Shown: positions 59,130 to 64,000 of the stretch, piece by piece
Layout: each line of letters starts with the position of its first letter
Numbering within the stretch: the first letter of the stretch is position 1
Assembly: GCA_963705015.1 (NCBI GenBank)
Contig: CAVPIN010000002.1
Span: 2,207,697 to 2,271,696 of the forward strand
Direction of reading: 5' to 3'
DNA length: 64,000 bases
From: Terriglobia bacterium
GTDB lineage: Bacteria; Acidobacteriota; Terriglobia; Acidiferrales; UBA7541
The notes under the pieces: generated by a model
What the model was told of the DNA's origin: nothing
Seen by the model: only the letters and a program-made list of their open reading frames with translations
Database searches by the model: none
Program-made: the position numbers and the translations under genes

Positions 59130-61901
59130 GTGACTTCGGTGCTCATCTTTCGCGCAAAGCGCCATTCATTGCTTGTGCTTTTGTTATTCGTTTCCTGCTC
59201 GGGGTGCGGCGGCGATTCGACGTCGTCCTCTGCCCAGGCTCCGGTTCCAGATTTTTCGATTACAGTCATGCCGGGAAGCGTCTACCTGGCCCCTGGGGCC
59301 TTCGAATCGCTTACCGTGTCCATTTCGCCCATCAACGGATTCTCTGATTCCGTCAATGTTTCCCTTTCTGGTCTGCCAGCGGCAGTCTCGCCTTCGGCGA
59401 CGAATTTCTCCTTATCACCTGGCACTCACCAGCAAGTCTCCCTCACAGCCTCGTATCCGGCACCAGATGTTACTGGCAAACTCATTTTCTCTGCTGTCTT
59501 CGGTTCGCTCAGCCATTCGTCAACGGTGGCTGTGGCGGTAACGAGTGCTACATCGGCACCTGCAGCACATGCCCCCACGCGCACTCGCTACTTGCGCACG
59601 AACTCCTTCTACGATCCCAATTCTCTTCAGTTCGCGCCGCCACACTTTTCTGTCTATGACCAGCCTGACCGCAGGTTTTTTGTCAGCAATCCGTACCTCA
59701 ATCGCATCGATGTTTTTGATGCGGCTTTGGAAGCTAATATCGGTTCTATTTCGGTTCCAGGTGCGTGGGGCATCGACATCTCGCCTGATTCAAAAACGCT
59801 GTATGCAGGAACGCTTATTGGAGATGTCTTCCAAATCGATCCTGTCGGTATGCAAGTCACTAAGGAGTTTCCTGCATCAACAATCGGCCCGAGTGGATTC
59901 CCAGCCTTGGAAACCTTCGTTCTGGCGGATGGTCGGCTCGCACTCTTAGGTGCGAATGGTGGAATAGGAGCAGATGGCGGGCAGAGCATTGCGATCTGGA
60001 ATCCGACGGATAATTCCATCGATATGCAAGGAAGCGGGGGTCCTCATGGCCCTTGTCAAGTTAACATAGGCGCTTTCGCAGTTAGCGGCGACCGCGAGAA
60101 GGTTCTGTGGGGCAGTATCGATAGTGACGGGACCCTCTGCTCCTACAACCCATCCACGCAGCAGATTGCCGTGGGAACATTTGGCGGATTTTTGGATCAG
60201 ATCATTCCGACTCCGGATGGGACTCGCTTTTTCGTCATTTCCCACGGAAACAACGCTGACATACGCGTCTTCGACGCTTCAACCGTTTCGCAACTCGCCG
60301 CCTTTCAGGGGCCGGCGGCGCCAAACTTGTTGCTCGGGATCGACGGCGCTGTACTGAGCCTCGATGGATCGACGCTGTACGTTCTCGATTCTTCCAACAA
60401 CTTGACTGTCTACAACACGAATACCCTTCAAAAAACGGGCTGGGTTCCGAATTTCGTTGTCCAAGATCTTCAACTGACCATAATTCCTGGAGCCATCGAC
60501 GAAACTGGCCTGATTGTCGGACCGATCGGACACGGCGTGGCGTTCGTTGATGGTGGGGCGATTCAGACCAATACACAATTCACTTCAACGAGTCTAGGAT
60601 ACATACCTCCTTACACGGTTACAGGGCCTATCTCAGGCGGAACTTTAGTACAGGTTGTCTTGAGCGCGAACGGTTCAGATCCAAATTCTGTCCCGAGTCT
60701 CACGACGGCTTACCTCGGCAATCAACCGCTCCTGAATACATCGACCTTCGAACAGGGCACCGGCTATTTTCCGACGATTGAAGGAACCACACCGAGCGTA
60801 GGAGCAACTGGCCCCGCTGATTTCACTGCGGTCTTTAGCGACAATTATGTGACACTTCTGCCTGAAGGGTTTAGTTATGGCCCCACCATTTTGGAAGTCA
60901 TTCCAAATGCCACAACGGCGAGGGGCGGTACGACAGGCGCACTGTTCGGGTATGGCCTCGGCACAACGACCAGTGACGTCCATGTAACGGTCGGCGGACA
61001 GAACGCGCCCGTGACGGCAATTTACACCGGGCCACCTTATTCCCCCTATCCCTTCCCAATCGAGGCTCTCCAATTCACGTTGCCTCCAGGGACGCCTGGG
61101 AGCACCGTAGACCTTTCAGTTTCCACGGTAAGCGGTGCCACGACTGCTACCGGAGCCATAAACTACATTACAGCACCGGTTTCTTACCCGCTCCCCAACT
61201 CATCCTTGCAATCTGGGATCTTCGATCAGACGCGAACCCTCTACTACTTTGCCGATACAAACAAAATTGAAGTCCTCTCCCTCACGAACGGCTGGCAAAC
61301 CCCGTTCATCCTCCCGAACACGACAAGTAACACGAGTCTTCTTGCCCTGGCCCTATCACCCGACGGAACGAAGTTGGCCGTTTCTGACTACGGTAATCAA
61401 CTCATCTACGTTTTTGACCCCGACACACCGTCCAACGTGCAAACCTTCTCCATCCCTCAGACCGGCTTGGACATCGGGATCGCGCCGACCGGTTTGGCTG
61501 TTTTGAACACGGGAATGGTCTACTTCGGCAGCGCAGACTCACGTGGCACGGGGACTTGGGCCTTTCACAAACTCAACACGTCCAACGCAATTGTCACTGA
61601 TCTTACAGATATTCAGAGTGGTGGGCCAAATGACTACTACATCCGCGTTTTGCAAAGCCCGGATGGCAGTCATCTATATTGCCAAATTGAGGGAGTTATA
61701 TTTACCGTTGACACCGCAAACGATAGCGTAGCTTATGCAAACCCTGTCATCACTAGTGAAACTGGTGGTAACGACGAGCTGTCACTTTCTGCAGTTGGTT
61801 CCACTTTGGCCTCAAACGGATTTTTCGCGGACGGGAATTTGAATCCAACGGGGATGACGGCCTATATCGACTGGGAGACTTTCTGTATTGCACCCCTCTA
61901 A
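59130..61901 (+). CDS. Large lipoprotein with Ig-like domain, beta-propeller repeats and IPT/TIG domains; the last 5 codons and the stop are supplied by the IS3 element
   Basis: Lipobox LLLFVSCSGCGG. Propeller-type repeats (..RFFVSNPYLNRIDVFD.., ..SPDSKTLYAG.., ..SPDGTKLAVSDYGNQLIYVFD..). IPT-like ..GPTILEVIPNATTARGGTTGALFGYGLG..VTVGGQNAPV... The codons TGT ATT GCA CCC CTC TAA (61884-61901) are the IS left inverted repeat, so the native C-terminus is probably lost. Confidence 0.8.
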   Translation: MTSVLIFRAKRHSLLVLLLFVSCSGCGGDSTSSSAQAPVPDFSITVMPGSVYLAPGAFESLTVSISPINGFSDSVNVSLSGLPAAVSPSATNFSLSPGTHQQVSLTASYPAPDVTGKLIFSAVFGSLSHSSTVAVAVTSATSAPAAHAPTRTRYLRTNSFYDPNSLQFAPPHFSVYDQPDRRFFVSNPYLNRIDVFDAALEANIGSISVPGAWGIDISPDSKTLYAGTLIGDVFQIDPVGMQVTKEFPASTIGPSGFPALETFVLADGRLALLGANGGIGADGGQSIAIWNPTDNSIDMQGSGGPHGPCQVNIGAFAVSGDREKVLWGSIDSDGTLCSYNPSTQQIAVGTFGGFLDQIIPTPDGTRFFVISHGNNADIRVFDASTVSQLAAFQGPAAPNLLLGIDGAVLSLDGSTLYVLDSSNNLTVYNTNTLQKTGWVPNFVVQDLQLTIIPGAIDETGLIVGPIGHGVAFVDGGAIQTNTQFTSTSLGYIPPYTVTGPISGGTLVQVVLSANGSDPNSVPSLTTAYLGNQPLLNTSTFEQGTGYFPTIEGTTPSVGATGPADFTAVFSDNYVTLLPEGFSYGPTILEVIPNATTARGGTTGALFGYGLGTTTSDVHVTVGGQNAPVTAIYTGPPYSPYPFPIEALQFTLPPGTPGSTVDLSVSTVSGATTATGAINYITAPVSYPLPNSSLQSGIFDQTRTLYYFADTNKIEVLSLTNGWQTPFILPNTTSNTSLLALALSPDGTKLAVSDYGNQLIYVFDPDTPSNVQTFSIPQTGLDIGIAPTGLAVLNTGMVYFGSADSRGTGTWAFHKLNTSNAIVTDLTDIQSGGPNDYYIRVLQSPDGSHLYCQIEGVIFTVDTANDSVAYANPVITSETGGNDELSLSAVGSTLASNGFFADGNLNPTGMTAYIDWETFCIAPL

Positions 61902-61953
61902 AACTAGACACCTCATTTAGGTAGAATCAGGGCCTCCAAAAACAGGAGGCAAC

Positions 61954-62241
61954 ATGGGCAGGAAACCACGTGTAGATCGATCCCCTGAAGAGAAGTGGCA
62001 GATCATACAGGAAGGCATCAAGAGCGGGAACGTCTCGGAGACGTGTCGGCGTCACGGGATCGCTCCGAATCTGTTCTATCGCTGGAAGGATGAAGCGGAA
62101 CAAGGAGCAAAGGCAGCGCTTGGGGGGAGAAGCGCTGCCGCCGCCGAAACCGAAAAAGACCATCGCATCCGGCAACTGGAACGCACGCTGGGGCGAAAGG
62201 CACTGGAGATCGAAATCCTAAAAAACGTCGTGGGGGAGTGA
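61954..62241 (+). CDS. IS3-family transposase OrfA (HTH)
   Basis: GGAGG SD. MGRKPRVDRSPEEKWQIIQEGIKSGNVSETCRRHGIAPNLFYRWKDEAE plus a leucine-zipper-like tail, typical of IS3 OrfA. Confidence 0.9.
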   Translation: MGRKPRVDRSPEEKWQIIQEGIKSGNVSETCRRHGIAPNLFYRWKDEAEQGAKAALGGRSAAAAETEKDHRIRQLERTLGRKALEIEILKNVVGE

Positions 62242-62262
62242 GCTGTGGTGCGGTTCACTCCC
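62220..62262 (+). promoter_or_regulatory. Programmed -1 ribosomal frameshift site of the IS3 element
   Basis: Slippery heptamer A AAA AAC in the orfA frame at 62220-62226, then a 7-nt spacer, then the stem gggagtga (62234-62241) / tcactccc (62255-62262). orfB is in the -1 frame relative to orfA. Confidence 0.65.
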
Positions 62263-63113
62263 AGGCGCGAGAGATGCTGGCGCAGGGCTACACGGCCACG
62301 TTGGTGGCAACGACATTGGCCATTAGCCGGTCGAGCTTGTACTACCGCAAGAAGCCACGAGGCAGCCGGGCCGACAGAATCTACGATGAGCAGATCGTGA
62401 TGGCGTGCGGAGAGAAGTTGGCATACGGCTATCGGCGCGTGGCGTGGTGGCTGCAACGGAACAAAGGGCTGCCCGTGAATCGCAAGCGTGTACTGCGAGT
62501 GATGCGCGAACGTGGGTTGTTGGTGCGCTCTCGTCGTCTACGAGCACGACGCAAGAAAGAGTGGGGCCGCGTGGAAGCTGCAGAACCGAATCAGATCTGG
62601 CAGACGGACATGACGAAAATCTGGGCGGGGCCAGCCGTGGGCTGGGCCTATCTGGTGTGTGTGATTGACTGCTGCACACGGGAGATCGTGGGCTGGAATC
62701 TGTCGCATCGCTGTCGAACTGAAGACGCGTTGGCGGCGGTCGAGCAAGCGGTGCTGGCACGACTGCCCGAGGGCAGTCGCGAGGCCCGCGTGACGCTGAC
62801 CACCGACAACGGAACACAGTTCACTTCGTCGCGGTTTATCGAAACACTCGGACGGCTCGGCATCACACACCGGCGGACGGCGTATCATCACCCGGAAGGC
62901 AACAGCTACATCGAACGGTTCCATCGCAGCCTGAAGGAAGAAGAAGTCTGGACGGCGGAATATCGCAGCGTGCAGGAAGCGCGGGAGTCGATCGGTCGCT
63001 GGATTCAGGAGTACAATCACGACCGTCCGCATCACGGAGTCGGAAATCGAACTCCGCACGAGGCATTCTTGAGTTTCGTAACTGTACTAAAAAACGAGGC
63101 CCTGGCTGTCTAA
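62238..63113 (+). CDS. IS3-family transposase OrfB (DDE integrase core), expressed as an OrfAB fusion
   Basis: YGYRRVAWWL...NQIWQTDMTKI...YLVCVIDCCTREIVGW...LTTDNGTQFTS...HPEGNSYIERFHRSLKEE...YNHDRPHHGVGNRTP gives the rve domain with its D, D, E spacing. Confidence 0.9.
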   Translation: MSCGAVHSQAREMLAQGYTATLVATTLAISRSSLYYRKKPRGSRADRIYDEQIVMACGEKLAYGYRRVAWWLQRNKGLPVNRKRVLRVMRERGLLVRSRRLRARRKKEWGRVEAAEPNQIWQTDMTKIWAGPAVGWAYLVCVIDCCTREIVGWNLSHRCRTEDALAAVEQAVLARLPEGSREARVTLTTDNGTQFTSSRFIETLGRLGITHRRTAYHHPEGNSYIERFHRSLKEEEVWTAEYRSVQEARESIGRWIQEYNHDRPHHGVGNRTPHEAFLSFVTVLKNEALAV

Positions 63114-63133
63114 ATTAGAGGGGTGCAATACAC

Positions 63134-63511
63134 GACCGTCTGGTCGAGACCTGTGAATTCATATGCCGAAACCTATTGTTTGTCGATCATGTTGCATTGA
63201 TGGGTCTTGAAATCACTGGATTCACGAGACCAAACTTAGACCTCCTCTGGGTCGATCCTTACGATTATAAGGACATATTGAGCGAGGCCATGCATACCCT
63301 TACTTCCTATGGGCTGAACGCTTCTGTTTACAATCACCAATTGTGCGTCGTAAATCGGGATGTCGAAAAGAGCTATCGCAAGTCCATAAGTGACTGGAAA
63401 AATGAATACCTACAGTCGTGTGCGCCATGCAGCCGCAAGTGTGAATGCGGCGGTTTCTTTTCCTCTTCCAAGATGTATAAGCACAGTGAGCACATAAGGC
63501 CGTTTGCGTGA
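63134..63511 (+). pseudogene. 3' fragment of a radical-SAM maturase-like gene (C-terminus resembles HxsC), truncated by the IS3 element
   Basis: The frame is open right up to the IS boundary: DRLVETCEFICRNLLFVDHVALMGLEITGF...SVYNHQLCVVNRDVEKSYRKSISDWKNEYLQSCAPCSRKCECGGFFSS. The YNHQLC / SISDWKN / C..C....CGGFF tail matches my recollection of His-Xaa-Ser system maturase HxsC. There is no N-terminal CX3CX2C region. Confidence 0.5.
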
Positions 63512-63521
63512 AGGGCATGTC

Positions 63522-64000
63522 GTGGTAGAACGCCCTCGTTTGTTACAGCCTTCTTCTCTGGTCAAGAGATTCGCATCCAGAATGGTGGACGCCGCCTCTG
63601 GCTATCCAATCATTGACGTGGCTTGTGGATCGGGTCGAAATGCCGTTCAAGTGGCCAAGTTCGGCTCAAGTGTGATCTGTGTGGATCAAGATTTGACTCG
63701 TCTTAAAACCCAGATGTACGAACGGGACTTTTCGAGACGGTTGACACTATTCGAGATGGATTTACTCGCGGACCCGTGGCCCTTCAGACCGCGGTCAATC
63801 GGCGGAATAATCTTGGCCGATTTCCTTGATCGCTCCCTGTTTAGGTCATTTGAAATATCTCTGATACCGGGTGGCTATATGCTTATTGAAACGGTGTCAG
63901 GCAGGGGCGGTAATTATTTGGGATTGCCAAGAGCCGGAGAACTGAAAACGGCATTCGAAAAGTCGTTCGACATTCTAATCTACCGTGAGGTCAAGGTAGG
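63522..64000 (+). CDS. Class I SAM-dependent methyltransferase (partial; continues beyond the window end)
   Basis: Absent from the track because it runs off the right edge. Motif I IIDVACGSGRNAV, then VICVDQD, then ..GGIILADFLDR..GGYMLIET. Start uncertain (GTG 63522, TTG 63540 or ATG 63582). Confidence 0.7.
   Translation, partial: MVERPRLLQPSSLVKRFASRMVDAASGYPIIDVACGSGRNAVQVAKFGSSVICVDQDLTRLKTQMYERDFSRRLTLFEMDLLADPWPFRPRSIGGIILADFLDRSLFRSFEISLIPGGYMLIETVSGRGGNYLGLPRAGELKTAFEKSFDILIYREVKV

Larger units (their letters stand above)
61884..63132 (+). mobile_element. IS3-family insertion sequence (1249 bp), apparently intact
   Basis: The terminal IRs TGTATTGCACCCCTCTAA (61884-61901) and TTAGAGGGGTGCAATACA (63115-63132) are perfect over 18 bp, with TG...CA ends and further subterminal similarity. 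orfA and orfB overlap in -1 phase. The flanking bases ..ctttc / cgacc.. show no direct duplication. Confidence 0.9.

Noticed and set aside
58734-59269. Overlapping minus-strand ORFs (109 and 118 aa) in the 420-bp spacer upstream of the large lipoprotein gene, including a CCHGC string
   Set aside because: This is not a CXXCH haem motif. The ORFs overlap each other and the start of the 59130 gene, and they have no homology features I can recognise.

Overview
A roughly 58% GC bacterial chromosomal segment. Its gene content suggests Acidobacteriota (CarboxypepD_reg-type TonB-dependent receptor, DUF1800/DUF1501 pair, many Ig-like/beta-propeller lipoproteins); this is inference, not a database hit. 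Most of the window is ordinary housekeeping and transport. It holds a porin-urtABCDE operon followed by tonB, an APC permease and a formamidase-family gene. It also holds a yejABEF-like peptide ABC operon, tRNA-Pro(CGG), rtcB, a GatB/YqeY gene, MFS and OPT transporters, a DEAD-box helicase and several secreted repeat proteins. Four things fall outside ordinary annotation. (1) Eleven reading-frame disruptions are confined to two pairs of adjacent genes (1.5-6.6 kb and 43.5-47.1 kb), while the rest of the coding sequence is intact. (2) A REP-associated tyrosine transposase (RAYT) is flanked by two 101-bp composite REP units, with related REP-like hairpin clusters at 16.2 kb and 56.3 kb. (3) A complete 1249-bp IS3-family element has terminal inverted repeats, a -1 frameshift site and no target-site duplication. 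It truncates a large propeller/IPT lipoprotein on one side and a radical-SAM maturase-like gene (HxsC-like C-terminus) on the other. (4) A lower-GC islet (50.6-53.5 kb) carries a YifN/PemK-like gene, a HARE-HTH protein and an IS1595-family transposase. I found no CRISPR array, rRNA, prophage or recognisable defence system. I could not identify a clearly novel multi-gene system; the candidates are listed with modest interest scores.
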